Below the pieces are notes generated by a model. It was not told the origin of the DNA. It worked only from the letters and a program-made list of their open reading frames with translations, and made no database searches. DNA of 61,447 bases, the filler included, from Platydemus manokwari (lineage: Eukaryota): assembly GCA_037951405.1 (NCBI GenBank). It is 6 parts of 6 records of this genome, joined end to end, with 100 filler letters (N's around TTAATTAATTAA, not from the genome) between each part and the next. Parts side by side here need not be neighbours in the genome. Positions count along the whole stretch, not along the records: positions 1 to 10,334 come from JBBMOY011144326.1; positions 10,435 to 21,970 come from JBBMOY010613327.1; 4 more parts are not named here. One strand, given 5' to 3'. The position numbers and the translations under genes are program-made. Of the stretch, positions 1 to 13,639 are shown piece by piece. Within the stretch, counting starts at the first letter, position 1; each line of letters begins with the position of its first letter.

Positions 1-299
1 ATATATAATTACCTAATCGATCTTCTTGATCAACTCCAAGCCAGAATCCAAATATAATAACGGAACAACAAGTAAGAACTTTTAATGACGTAGTTGTTTT
101 GAGTAGCAAATAAGTAAAAATCTATGTGAAAATTATTTATTAAATCATCTCATGGAAAACAATTAAAAATATTGGAAAAGCTAGGTCATAATTTTTATTA
201 TTGGAAATCATCTTAACAGTTACAATTAGAAGTTATTAATTTATATTGCAAATATTGATTTTTTAAAACAAGTTTTATATGACACAATTCAGACAATGT

Positions 300-3200
300 C
301 TGAAACCTTCACCACTAAGTAGCACGGCAAATTATCACAGTTTCCTCTTTTCGACTTCTTCGACATGCATCATTGAACTTCAGTCAAGTTTATTGAATAT
401 CTCTTCATCCTCCGAGTCTACAAATTCTCTTCGTCCGAGATGTTGCCTTGCTGTTTTATTTCCATCAGCACCCTAGTGCTAGATGAACCCTTTTCTTGGT
501 GGTAATGCCACTGTTGATATGCTTACTGGATGTTTGATTTGATCCAGTCATCGTTTATCTTCTCGATTACATCCTTTTCAGGCCTAGTTTCTTTAACACG
601 ATCTCATTCTTTGGTACTCAGGTACCGAGGATACCGACCACGTAAGTGTATAGTTCCACTGTCCAATGGGCTATAGTCTTCTTTATTTCTTTTCTCAAAT
701 CCTCATACTTCTGGAGATTGGCTTAGTCAGCATTGGCTATGAGACGCGGTTCATCCACGGGTATTTGACGTCAACTAGAAAAATAGAACTTGAACGATTA
801 TTCACTACTTGTAGGTCTGCTAGTAGTCTTGAACCGGTGAATTGACAATTTTGATATAGCTCGCTAATATTTCCATAATCTTTAAGTGTCGATGCAGTAT
901 ATTTTAATTGGAAAAATTGCATTCGGTAAACACACGTGTTTGTGATTCTACTTTGTACAGACACATTTTCTGCATTGCTCACCATTCATATATTTTTTAT
1001 TTAATGTTTGCAGGGTATCCGAGCAGGATTGGTTCAGAGATAGTAATTTAACAATTGATATGTATCCATTGCAAACTATATTTTTCCATGTTGGAGAGAG
1101 CTCGTGCATAATTTTGGTATATCTACCACATCGAATTTGTTTTACCCATTTTATTTGGTAACTTTTGTAAAAACATTGACGGAGAAGTTTTGATAATTCT
1201 TTACTTTTCTTCTGACCAATCAGCACTTCCCTTGCGATGCCCCATCATCTGTAGCAATATATTAGCTGGTTCTAACTTCTATCTAGCTATCGATAATTTG
1301 GAAGCTGATTGTCGTGTACATTTTCTCCTGATCATATTTTATTACCTCTCTAATTTTGTCCCTCCATGATTGTTTTTCTTTGTCGTTTCTGGGTGTGAGC
1401 TAAGCCAATAGAGAGTATCGATAAATGTTTGGAGAGATTCTCTTGCAACGTTGTATTGGATGTTAAAGTTGGCTAACCCATTGGTAATTGACTGACTTGT
1501 AAATTTTGCAATGACATTCTGGAGATCACACCTTCCGTTCGACTTTGCCGCATATGTTGAGCACGATTTGGGGACACCAATGATCTTTTTCAGAACCTTC
1601 CGAAATTGTGTGTCCATCTTTTTGAATTTGATGTAGGTCACATAATAAGTCCTTGTGAAAAATTACAATTTTATTATGGATAAACATACTGTAAGCGTTC
1701 TGAGTTCGACCAAAGGCTCTCAATTGAATTGTGTAATTTTAAGGTAAAATTTACACCTAATAATCGATAGTAAGATCTGACGGATCTTCTGGCAATATAT
1801 TTCTATTACTTGTACTTTTTGTTTGTACAGCATGTTTCACAGATACCCATATTTGTTTGGCTTGGATTTTATCCTTAGTTGGTCCACGATTATTGATGAT
1901 TTGTCCAATAATGTTTGGCAATTTTCTCGATAGTTTCGCAAATTAGTGCAATGAAGTCCACCTATTCCAAGGCAGTTATTTTGTGGCTGGTAAGCATGGC
2001 ACCGCAACTGTTTTCTACATCCATTTGGATAATGAGTGGATTGGTGGCGATATTGAATAACAGCATCGAGATTGGGCATCCTTGTCTCAATCTTTTCTTG
2101 ATATCGCTAATTTTGTTTGTATAGTTTTTAAATTGCAAAGCAGTCTGGCAATTGTTGTATAAATTCCTGATAATTCAAATCGCTTTTGGGTCACAACCCA
2201 TTTTCCATAAAAGCAAGAGTGAATATTAATTTTCTTTCCATCATGTAACTTTTCGATCACTGCTATTGTGTTCATCGCAACCATCAGTTGGCCCTAAACT
2301 CTTTTGGAGATAATGGAGTAGATTGTTGTTGATGATCCATCTGTTCAGTTGATGGCACATCAAGCTTGAGTAAACTTTATAGGAACAGTCGAGTAGCGCT
2401 ATTGGCCTTCACGATCCAACTTGATTACATTGCCCTTGGGTCATCAGTTACGAAATCATTGTTGTGTAATATTGTTACAAGTCATCTGGAATGGTTTTAG
2501 AATCCAGGCTATTTTCGAATATTGTTGCGTATATCGAATGTCTATAGGTAACTTTGTTTTTGCCTGGAGAACTGGGGTCCTTATAATTCAGTATAGTATA
2601 GGTTTCGTAGATGGAGAAATTATTGAATTCAAAATCCGGTCATTTTTTGATTAGATTGTTCAGGATACATGTGTTGGAGCAAGTATTCACACATGAATTG
2701 ATGCTTATTTCTACTTGATGCGTTTCTTTTTGCTTTTGATGTAATGGTCTTCAATATCTTCTTTCCGTGGGCAGCAATCGGTGTCATTCGATCTTGAAGC
2801 GATTTGGAATGCAGCGACTGCAGATCTTTTATATAGTTTTGTCATGCATATATCTGTTTTCCATGATCACTTGAGTGACCACTCTTGTTTGATGAACATT
2901 TGTAACATCGTGTTAAGCGGAACATTATTAATTTGAACGCATAATTCCTAGGCTAGAATTCTTCTGGTTTCAATCGCAGATTGTGGTTTGTAGCTGGTTC
3001 CGCTTGTTTTCGCTTTGAATAATTGTCTTAATAGCATTGTCTTTTATCTGTTTTATATTTATCTTGTGGAGACTGGTTTTGGACAATGAATTTTTTATAT
3101 ATCCGAAAACGATTGGACCACTATCTCTGAATTTGGTTTGGACTAACCTGCTCGGGTCATGATCTTGCTCCATCAGAATTCTTGGACGCCATAGTGGATG

Positions 3201-4690
3201 CTAATGTTTTTATTAGTGTTTGAGATTAGATCTTGATGCTCTTCGGTGATATTGTTAGACATTGGGTCCAGTAGAGAAATAGTTTCTTTTTTCAAGTCAA
3301 TCAACAGTAGCGCCCATTGTTTCGATTTAAGGAGAATTCGGCAGATGAATAGTTCTTGGTTTTTAAAATACGTGAAATTGAGATTGTCGATTATGTCTAC
3401 AACTCGATTATGGTAATGGCTTCACTGATGAATGGGTCTAGGACCAGATTTCTTTGTTTAAATTCTTTTTTCACCAACAGACGCATATGTTTTTCGGAAA
3501 AATACGCATAATCCTCTTTAAACTTGTCTGGTTCCTGGCTGCCTACAATTTTAGATAGATGTTGAGAATTTCACTTCTTGGCATGATGAACTCTTCGACG
3601 ATTTTATTGGATATTGATGAAGATTTCTTTACTCTTGGTGATTATTTTCATGACGTATGGAGCCACAATTATCACTATTGTTCATTTGATATGGGCTCCT
3701 TGATTCGGACTTGAAAATAATTTAATGCTCTTTCTTCCGCGGTTTTGATTTATTGTGGGATCAATGCTTTCCATGCTCAAGCTTTATTGTTTGTTTAATC
3801 TGGTTGGATTGCTTGGCTTGAGATTAGCCAATTCTTTTTATAGGTCTTTTTTGGAATAAATTATTGGCGAATTGTTGGAAGATTCATCTAAATCGATATT
3901 ATTGTTCACTCATTCACTCAGTTCAAGATAGATATTGGTCAACAAATTTGGCGTCTTCATCTACATCATCTTGGTTAGTTGTTACCTTTTCAGCTTCTGT
4001 AAACTTTACTTATTTTACTTTTCTCTCTTCTTTCGTGTTATATTTGAGACCGTCGGTCCGATCACTCTGATGATTGCGTTTGTGAGTATTCCCATGTTTG
4101 GAGTTGAATATTCGCAATTGAAAATTCACGGACAATTTTATTAAGCTCGATTTTTCGTTGGTCTTTCTTGGCATTGTTATCGATATTTACTTTCATATTA
4201 TCGGTCTTTTGAATTCATCTTTGGGTCTGTTTTTTTGCTCCAGTTTCTCGGCCTCCATTTCCTATGATTAACCAACTGGAACTCTACATCGCCTGTTAGA
4301 ATAGATTTTTGGTTTCTTCCTGTATTGAAATCGGCGTTATTGGTTATGTTTATAGATTTTTTCACCATGTCGGTATATGATGTTGGCTTGGAAATTAGTC
4401 TTGGATCGTGATCTTGGCTTGCCTCCCTTATTAGTTGGATTGTGTCATTGTATCTCTTATTGCATAAGAAATCGATAGCATCATTTAAGACTCTAATATC
4501 ATCGAATTGGTCATTATGGTGATTTTCAAAATTTCGAAAATATTGATCTTTTCTACCGATTTATCCTTTTGGACCTCTTTCACGGAAGCGCCAGGCCTCC
4601 ATATTCGAGTATGCCTTGGGAGTGGATTTATAGAACCTGTCATCCTTAAAGGGGTGCTCATAATTGTTGTACAGCCTTAAAATCGCTTGA
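300..4690 (-). mobile_element. Decayed non-LTR retrotransposon of the RLE (R2 group) type, NeSL-like, with Ulp1 protease + RT + CCHC + restriction-like endonuclease
   Basis: Minus-strand fragments occur in the canonical order. Probable start MSTPLRMTG.. (ATG 4661). Ulp1-like 'KQWALLLIDLKKETISLLDPM' (~3265-3325) and 'QTKFRDSGPIVF' (~3105-3142). RT motifs 'GS*RPIALLDCSYKVYSSL' (~2365-2420), 'QKSLGPTDGCDEHN' and 'LRQGCPISMLLFNIA' (~2046-2090). 'CRKC..HVFTEC' knuckle (~930-975), 'LADLQVV..IFLVDVKYP' PD-(D/E)xK (~758-820), 'VVGILGT' tail. Many stops and frameshifts; ends are approximate. Confidence 0.85.
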
Positions 4691-5984
4691 ATATAATTTG
4701 CTGAGTTATAATTTTTATAATATATTTTTATTTATTTTAAATAATAATAATAATAACAATTTATTTTTATTATATCACTAACCACATTGAAGACTGTAGT
4801 GAGAGATCGTCCAATAAAATAGAAAGATACATTAACTAACTTCAGAGAATAGTTATTGAATGCAATCATCAATAACATCATGACTGATAGTGGTAAAATC
4901 TAAAACGTGAAGACACATATCCAATAAATCAAAAAATGAAAAATTATGATTTCTATATACCCTAATTTCATTGTTCCAAAACAGGACTGTATGTTTAACG
5001 TAACAAATAGATAAAAATAAAACCATTTATAACGAATTAAATACTATTTCTTTCGTGGAATAAATATTGTCATTGATTTACTCACCATCTGTCTCAAAGC
5101 CAACCAACAATTGTAAAGAATAATATTTAAAAATTGAGGATAAGATTTAGAGTTCAAATGAATATTTATTAATCATGGACATAGAGAAGGATGTCAAGTA
5201 ATTGAAACTGAATTTGGGAAACACTGATTCTTCTTCACAATAAAACGATGTTTAGAATATGGAGAGGCTTGTTATTAACTATTTCACAAGCAATTCCCTC
5301 ATGAACACAATTAAATATCGATATTGACAAATGTAAATCGTCAATTCATGAGATTTTTATCAATTGTTATGTGAACAATAAATATAAAACCAAACAGAAA
5401 ATATTTAGCAAACTCTATTGCTCGGGACTGATTCGATTTAAACAAAATATTTTTAGCCAATATTTTTCAAAAATTCAATTTAATTCAATTCATTCTTAAC
5501 ATTTTTGTAAAAATTAAACTTGCCAAATATTTAACAAGTGAAGTTCATGTAATTCAAGGTTATCTAATTTTGATGAATAAAAATAAGGGTTTTTATTTGA
5601 TTTTTGTAAATCTATTTTTATGTTTGGTGATGTAATATCTGATATCTGATATCACAACAAAATGTTTGATTGCACACCAATTTAATGACAAAATTTAGGT
5701 GCTTTATTATACGAATTTTCTTCATCTTTTATTAATGTACTTGTATAAGTAGTTGTTTATTAAAATCTGGTAATAGGATACCAATTTCAGCTGAATTCGG
5801 TGGAAAGAAGTTCAATGGTTTAAATCTAACTTCATAAATTATACATTGGTGTGCGAGATTTACATGGATTGTTAGTTTTAATCATATTTTATTAATAACT
5901 CCAGATAAATGAGATAAATATTGAATAGAAATCTCACATTTTACAAATAAGATTTTAAAGTCATTCAAATATATATTTCCAGCA

Positions 5985-6384
5985 ACTAGGCAAACTCTAC
6001 ACGACGGTGGATGAATAAACGCTGAAATTCTGAGATTCCTGCAGAATTTGATTTTAAACTTTCAAACAAGACTACCTGCTTGGGAAATAGTATGACAATG
6101 CCAGACTTCGTGCAGCACAGTTAATTCGACTTTAGCATGAAGAACATCGCAAGTCTCTATCAAAGCAGCCGATCTACTCACCCGACACAAACTTCATGGA
6201 TCGCTTTATCTTCAGAAACTACGAATGCTACCGACGTGGAAGAAACTTCAGTAATTCAGGAGAGGTGAGCAACGATTATCGCAAATATTTGGAGTCAACA
6301 TCGGAAGCCAAGCTCACAACCGAATTTCAAAATTTTACTTGTCTACTTCAGAGTGTCATTGAATTTGATTGAGACTATGTTTAG
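5985..6384 (+). mobile_element. mariner transposase remnant (C-terminal DDD region)
   Basis: Reads 'YDNARLRAA...QPIYSPDTNFMDRFIFRN...VIEFD*DYV*', matching mariner HDNARPH / YSPDLAPxD / terminal GxY motifs; in-frame stops. Confidence 0.75.
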
Positions 6385-7339
6385 GCTCCGCTATGGTTTT
6401 CTAACACTTTTAGTATAATTAATTACACATGCGATTTTCACAAATAAATGTGTGAAATTGGATTTTTTTAGATTTTGATAAGATTTCATCGACATTGAAA
6501 AAAAGACGTTTAGAATAACGACATTTCTGATTCTGTTATTTATACATTTAATACATTTGAAGTTGTAGCTTCTTAAACGAATTTGTTTCACATGAGGTCT
6601 TATGTACTACATATATTGCATAAAAAGATAATCCTTTGTATATTTAAAATATTATCAAAACTAAACAAAGGATTATATTTAGAATTGTACCTGAGGTTTA
6701 CTTATGTCTCGATTTATATTTTGTTAAGGTCATTTCAAATATTGCTATACATTGAAGTACATTTCTTATAAATAAAAATTACCCCTGAAAACTTTGACTA
6801 TCTTTCAAACAAAATAATTAATTAAATGAAAAAATGCTAGATAGATATCGCTGATCATTTATTACGATTAGATTGATAAAAATAGTTCAACATCACTATC
6901 ATAAATAAATCGATTTGGATTAAATTAAAACAAATATTTGTTTAAACCAAAATATTGCAAATGTATGGTGTTTTGCTACACAATTATAATAATATGGACA
7001 AATGGAATTGGATAGCATATTGTGATAGTTCATTGTAAACAATGAAAATGATTTCCAAACACTCAACATATGTCAATTAAATTATAAATATGTGTTTAAT
7101 TTTAATTATTTTGAAAAAACCGATTAACTAGCAGGTTTTTGAGAAGCGATAGTAATTTTTGAAATCATTTCAAACATGATATTGTCAATCATTCAAATAT
7201 ATTGAAAACTAAAACGAATAGAAAATAAAGATAATTGGGAAATATTTTTATAAACAATAGCATTATTGTTTTGATCATTTTAAAGTTCATAGAGATGCTG
7301 ATATTTGTCATCGAAAGTTGACAATTATAATTGTTAGAC

Positions 7340-8280
7340 GATACTATTTTATAAAGCACGATTTGAAAACGACTGAAAAGTCAGAACACCAAATTATATA
7401 TTTAAATACAATTATGCAAACAAATTCATATAATTTCATATGATATCTGAGTTAAATCTTTAAAAATTTAATTCGTTTAAAAATTCTCACAGTTCCTTTT
7501 CTTTAAAATCTTTGATTTCATTTACATCAGTGATTCCCAAACTTTTCGGGCATACTGCCTCCTATTCGGAATAAATATTACTTAGCGCCCCTAAACTAAC
7601 CCACACCAATTTTTTTAACTTTTAGTAACAATTTATAAAAAAAAATCTTAATGTTAGTATCTTTTTTATTAAATATATTAAAAAGAAATATATAAATTAG
7701 GTAGAAACAATGCATTTTGTAAGTAAGAACATATTTTTTGCACTTAGAATAGATTTTAATACAAAAACTCGAAATTATGTTAATGAGAAGGATGAAAATT
7801 GGGCTTATCAAAATTTTTAATAATCATTTTCTTACATTCTTATAGTATTATCGCCTCCAAATGAGCTTGTATTCACCACCGACCCTCTGGATACTTGCAA
7901 CGCCCACTTTGGGAATCACTGATTTACATTCTTAATCGTGTCTGTATCGAATGGTCTACGTATTTATCTACAGACAAATCTCTAATTCTTCTATCTTTTT
8001 TATATCCTTTTTGTATTTCTTTTATATATTCTTTTTATATTATCTATATATTCTCAATATCCTTCTCTTCAATAATTTTCAGTGAATTGATTTTCTCACA
8101 ATCAAATCCAGATAGCTGGTCGCCATGTAAGATGTTACTATTTTATAAAGAACGATTTGAAAACAATTAAAAAGTCAGGACACCAAACTATATATTTGAA
8201 TACAATTATATAAACAAATTAATATAATTTTACGGAAAATCTGAATTAAATCTGTAAAAAATTAATTTATTTATAAATTT
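7340..8280 (+). repeat. Diverged ~145-bp direct repeat pair (7340-7484 and 8135-8280)
   Basis: Both copies share TACTATTTTTATAAAG-ACGATTTGAAAAC...AAAAGTCAG-ACACCAAA-TATATATTT-AATACAATTAT...AAACAAATT. Confidence 0.85.
7528..7921. mobile_element. Non-autonomous hAT-type (Charlie-like) MITE, 394 bp
   Basis: Perfect 14-bp TIRs CAGTGATTCCCAAA ... TTTGGGAATCACTG flanked by an identical 8-bp TSD ATTTACAT (7520-7527 and 7922-7929). An 8-bp TSD with CAG ends is typical of hAT elements. Confidence 0.9.
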
Positions 8281-8442
8281 ACAATTGATAGGTCATATTC
8301 AGTACTGTTGAGAACCGAATCAGGAACACACCACCGAAAAATAGCCTATTTTTCTTAAACGGATTGATTAAATATTGAGCTAGATTTTTTATAATATCAT
8401 CCTGATAAGATTACTTATTTCTTAACTTACTATGTAAACATA

Positions 8443-8892
8443 GTGGACGGGAAATATTGAATCACTAAAACACACTCCAAAGCGCAGTTTATCAAAAGAA
8501 GCTAAAGTGAGTATTTGGGGATCTCGAGTAGATGCTATTCATTGCAATTTCAGGAAACATAAATCATCGATCACCGCAAAAATACATCGCAACTAACTGG
8601 ACGGAATGATGCAAAATACTTAAGGAAAAACATCCTAGATTGCTCCATCAATGTTTGACAACACACTGCACAAACAACATGAATCGGTATTGAAAAATCT
8701 TAATCATTCAAATTAATCATCTCTAACTATCACTTTTTCCGCAATTTAGACAAATTTTTATCAGGAAAACAATGTAATTCCGAAAATACTGTAAAACCGG
8801 CTTCCCAGAAATTCAATGACTCTCATCCATTAGGATTTTATAACACCGTCAAAAAATGTATAGAAAATATGGGTACATACTTTGATGAATAA
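8443..8892 (+). mobile_element. Second mariner transposase remnant
   Basis: 'KHTPKAQFYQKKLK' (cf. PKxxxHxKKVM), 'SITAK', and terminal 'KKCIENMGTYFDE*' typical of mariner C-termini; frameshifted. Confidence 0.65.
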
Positions 8893-10334
8893 AATAATTT
8901 CTTATTTTACTAGGTTATTAACCAATTTTGAATTTTCTACAAATATCATCCTTTACGAACTAACACACACACACAGATGTATGCATCTATATATGTGTGT
9001 GTGTGTTTAAATAGTCAATTCGATTTCCACACTCAATCTCAATGCACAATATTGACATTTTACTCCAAACAATAATTATACTATTTAATAGAACTTGTTA
9101 TTTTTATCAAAACTTAACTGTTACAAAATTCTGGTTGATGTGTATCAATTATGCTATATTAACAATTATTTTATTAATAAACATGATTTATGTCTTCAAC
9201 AATGGGCTTGTTTGCAAAGAAATAATTGAATACCTTTAATGATTTACGAAATTCGAAGGTAATTTGTGGAAAATTAATCCTCGGAAATTTAGCTGTAAGT
9301 TTAGAGAAGGCCAAACATAAAAGTACCGACACTAAACATTGGAACCAGGTAACAAATAAAGGAGCGTCAAGCTAAATGAAAATAAAGCAAAATAACAGTT
9401 GTTATTATAAAAAATTAGTAATAATAATAATATAAGCAATAATATTTATTATTATATGACAATTATTATAATAATTATTATTTGGATCCATTTATATTAA
9501 ATAAAAATGCAAACCTAAACAAGCTAAGTGCAAAATGATAATTTATTGGAGTGACATTTAGTTGGAATCGAATCCGCAGATATGCGCACAGACGCTATTC
9601 GATTCTGACAAGAAAGCACAAAGAAACTAGTCCTTCGTTAGTTCAATCACTAACTTCTAACAACTCTTTCAATAATAAATTTTAATTATAAATTATTATT
9701 ATAATAAAAATAGTAATAATAATTGCTCTAGTTATCCTGTTATGAAGCCAAAATCTATTTACATCAGGAGACCTAGTCTTATAACATAATAGTTTGAAGG
9801 TACTAATCGATAAGCATGATAATAAAAAGATACAAAACCGATTTATCAATGGACGACATATTGAAATTAATATTCAGTATATTCTCACAACTTTACCAAT
9901 AATAACAAAGTAACACTGAATAAGTAAATAAAATTGTTAAATATTAATTAATAAAAAGAAATTACTTTATTTGCATAATATTTAAATAATTAATACTTAC
10001 ATTAAGCTCCTTGCTGCTCAAGAGATATTTATTAATAAAAACCAATGATATGGATACAAACCTACAAATAAATAAATTACAAAATTAGTCTTATCCTATA
10101 TTTTATGAATAAAAATTAATATAAAGAGAAAAAAAGATTTACCAATATAATGAGACAGCGAAAACTACCTGGCCATGATATGAATTTAAAAGGAATGATC
10201 TCATGTGGGATATATTAAAAATTAGATTATTATAATTTTGAAATTATATTTGAAATTAAAATAGATTTATTTAATAAATAGTAATTTAAAACAACTTGAT
10301 AATTAAATATTAATATATGTATTGTTGCAAAACT

Positions 10335-10434
10335 NNNNNNNNNNNNNNNNNNNNNNNNNNNNNNNNNNNNNNNNNNNNTTAATTAATTAANNNNNNNNNN
10401 NNNNNNNNNNNNNNNNNNNNNNNNNNNNNNNNNN
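10335..10434. other. Artificial contig linker N44-TTAATTAATTAA-N44
   Basis: 100-nt spacer whose core gives stop codons in all six frames; repeated identically five times in the window. Confidence 0.97.
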
Positions 10435-10503
10435 TTGTACAAGATTTTCTTTAATAAACACTCAATTGTTCTAAAAAAATTCCGGTTTTTAAGTTATAGA
10501 CCC

Positions 10504-10551
<48 letters not shown>

Positions 10552-10577
10552 TACTATAATAATAATAACCATAATAA
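10504..10577 (+). repeat. (AAT)n microsatellite near contig start
   Basis: Direct reading of the sequence. Confidence 0.95.
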
Positions 10578-13500
10578 TTCTACAAACCACTATCACATTT
10601 TATTATAAAATATTAGGTCTGTGTAACCCAATATTATTTTATTTCAAGATTCCATTTATTTTTTTTCATTCTAGTTTATATTTATCTGATAACTAAAATA
10701 GCACGATTAATGCTGATTAGAAAGACCAATCAAACAAAGTCAATTCTCGAAATATTTGGACTGCAAAAATCTTCATTCAGATTAGACTTCCTATTTTTCG
10801 AACTAACCGCTATTATTATTTTAAAAAGAATACAATTTTTATTAAATTTAAACAATCTAAATCAATCTCGGTTGAAGTTTCAGTTTATATTTTTATAATT
10901 TTAAATTCGTTATTCTGGAAATATTTTCAGAAAATGATCTTACCAATTATAATCACTTTCCATATGACAGTTGAGGTGGTATTATTTGGGTATTGTTGTC
11001 GCTAGAATGAGCATCAAGAAACTCTTGGATGCATTCAAATTCCATAATTTTTTTGCTTTTGTAACTTTTGATTGAAGAATTTTAAAAGCTAAAAATTCAG
11101 AAATAATTTGAATGAAAAATATTTGAATTTGAGTCCTATGACCTACTTTTCTAATGATGAATTTTCTCGTATCAAATAATTTTATGATTTCTTTTACGTT
11201 TAATTTTCTCAGATTTTATGTAAAAATTAATTTTTATGAATTATTTCAATTTTATTTTAAATTTTTTATTATCAATTATTTTGGGATATTATTTTTTTCT
11301 AAATTTGTTGGTGTCATGAATTGATGAAAAATTTCAAATGATCAGCAGTATCGTGTTGATAATCAAAATTTTGAATTGTTTGTTAGATGAAACCTGATGA
11401 TGATAAAATAAAAATTATAGATTCGATCTCACCCATAATCAATTAAATAAGAAGAAATTCTTTAAATGCTAATTTTATAATTATATTGTATGTTTTTTCT
11501 TTTCGACTTTCGAACAAAGGAAGAAATGAATATATCAATAAATTTTGTATTATAATGCGTTCTTGAAAAAATATTGACTTTCTTTGTTTAAAATTTTCAC
11601 CGTTTTGTAATTTATCGTTTATTCTTATATCTCAGTCGATATCTTTTCGAATGTCGAATAGAAAAAAAAAACAGAATTACTACACCAAGTCCGTATTTTA
11701 TCATGACTCTGAATATTTTAATCGTAAATCGATTTAGTAAGCTCCTGGCAAAGTTTGATAAGCTGATACTACTTGATTTACCAAATAATTGTAAAATATT
11801 ATAGTGCGTCTCAATTTTATTCTAATGTTAAGAAATGGCTGCTCGTTGATATTTAATAAATGCCAATCGGTTTTTAAAATCATCTAATTTTATGAAAATT
11901 TTAAGCTCTAATGTAATGCAATTCCAGCACTTGATGCACATTAATGAAATAACGCACCAATAGGCTTGTAAGTTGCCAAAATCTCTCCATTCTTGATATT
12001 CAAATCAAAAGTCATGTTTAAAACAAAACAAAACATCTATTCGTCCATACATCAATTTTCAAACGAATTTGAAATGCTAAATTTAAATTCATTTCCATCT
12101 GGTTCGTCTTCATTTTTAATCCAAATATTAAAATACTCACATTTTATCTTCCATTTCTTAATATTTAAATTTTACTTTTAATAATTTTAAAACTGAGAGT
12201 TTAACAGTATTTTTTAAACAAGATATTTTAATAAATATTAATATGGTATATTAATTTTTAATATAATTTTTTAAAAACATCTTTTGGTTCAATTGTTAAT
12301 AATTTTAATCCAATGGAAATTTTAATTATTTATCGTGCTAATAGCGTTATAAACAATTACGATATTTATAATAATGTGATATTTTATTTTTTTCAGCTAA
12401 CAAAGCTCTCTACGTACTAGAGAAACACAAATCCGATGTGTACGCTCACGAATATGTTAAAAAGTGGATGTCAATCGAAAAAATTTTGAATTGAACTTCT
12501 AAAACTGATAAATTGAATCACGAAACAATTTGCTATATTTGACGAAGCTTTCTGATTAATGAATTATTGATCAACCAATCTCCATGCTATTGTTATTTTA
12601 TTTCCACTGTGTATTGACGAATTACATAATTGCTTTATTTTTAATTGGCGAATACACCAATCATCATTATTGGGAAATCCCATTAGATTGATAAATATAA
12701 ATTCATCATTATTCATAGAAAACAATAAATGATTCAAAATGAAACATGAAAATTCACATGAATTCCGGTTAAAACACATTTCTGTGGCTACCGAATATTT
12801 GTGATTTCCCAAGAGATTTTATTCATGATTTCCATTGATCTTTAGAGTTGAATTCAGTTTAATATTATCTCGTGGTTTCCAGGTGAAATGCTGATATTCA
12901 TTAAAGTTTACAAGAAAACGAAGTAAAATTAATTTTCAACAGATATATAAATGAGCGAAACACTAAGTAAAACTAATTGGAAATCGCAGATTCAACAATA
13001 ATTATGAGTGGTTTTATGGACATTCATTATAAGTCGAACGAGAATCGTTAACCTATCTTTAGTTGTTTCGCAATTATCTCAATATTTTTACTAAGTTGCC
13101 AGCCAATAAAATTTAATGATTATATTTAAGCACAAAATTGAAAACTCGAATAAACTAACAGTAACGTAAAATCTATTGTAAATAAAATGAAACTTCGGTT
13201 AAGATTGTAATAAGCTTTTATGATATTATGGTATTTCTATCCTTTGGAAATTATATGAGTTCGGTCAAAATTTGATATCTAACTGTGGTCAATAAATAAT
13301 TTAATCTTTCCTAATACTTTATTTGTAACACAGAACATTATGAGCCATTGCATTTTTATGAAAATCGAAACCGAAAAAACTGTTCATTATTGAAGGCACA
13401 TGATCTTCACCTTTAATAAATACATCTTGTTTACCCCAATGATTTTATTCATAAAATATTTTACATTTGCTTTTGTATGTCTATGGTTTCAAATAACATT

Positions 13501-13639
13501 ACATTTGGATGTGAATAAGAATCAATAACTATCTTTAAACATGAATGTTCTCATATTGAATCCATATATTATTAAAAGTAAGTCTATAATTCAAAACAAC
13601 CCATAATGTAAAATAATTAAATCAATACAAGTTTGTGTA

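Noticed and set aside
4560-4700. HDV-like ribozyme or SL-RNA/tRNA target at the retroelement 5' end
   Set aside because: Only a small hairpin is visible and the region reads as the ORF start; no pseudoknot or RNA-gene sequence recognised.
10379-10390. TTAATTAATTAA recurring every ~10 kb as a biological repeat or CRISPR-like element
   Set aside because: Always embedded in exactly 44 N on each side; an assembly linker.
11500-12900. Possible MULE-like transposase remnant on the minus strand ('IGALFH', 'ITIAWRLVD')
   Set aside because: Too degenerate to support by eye.
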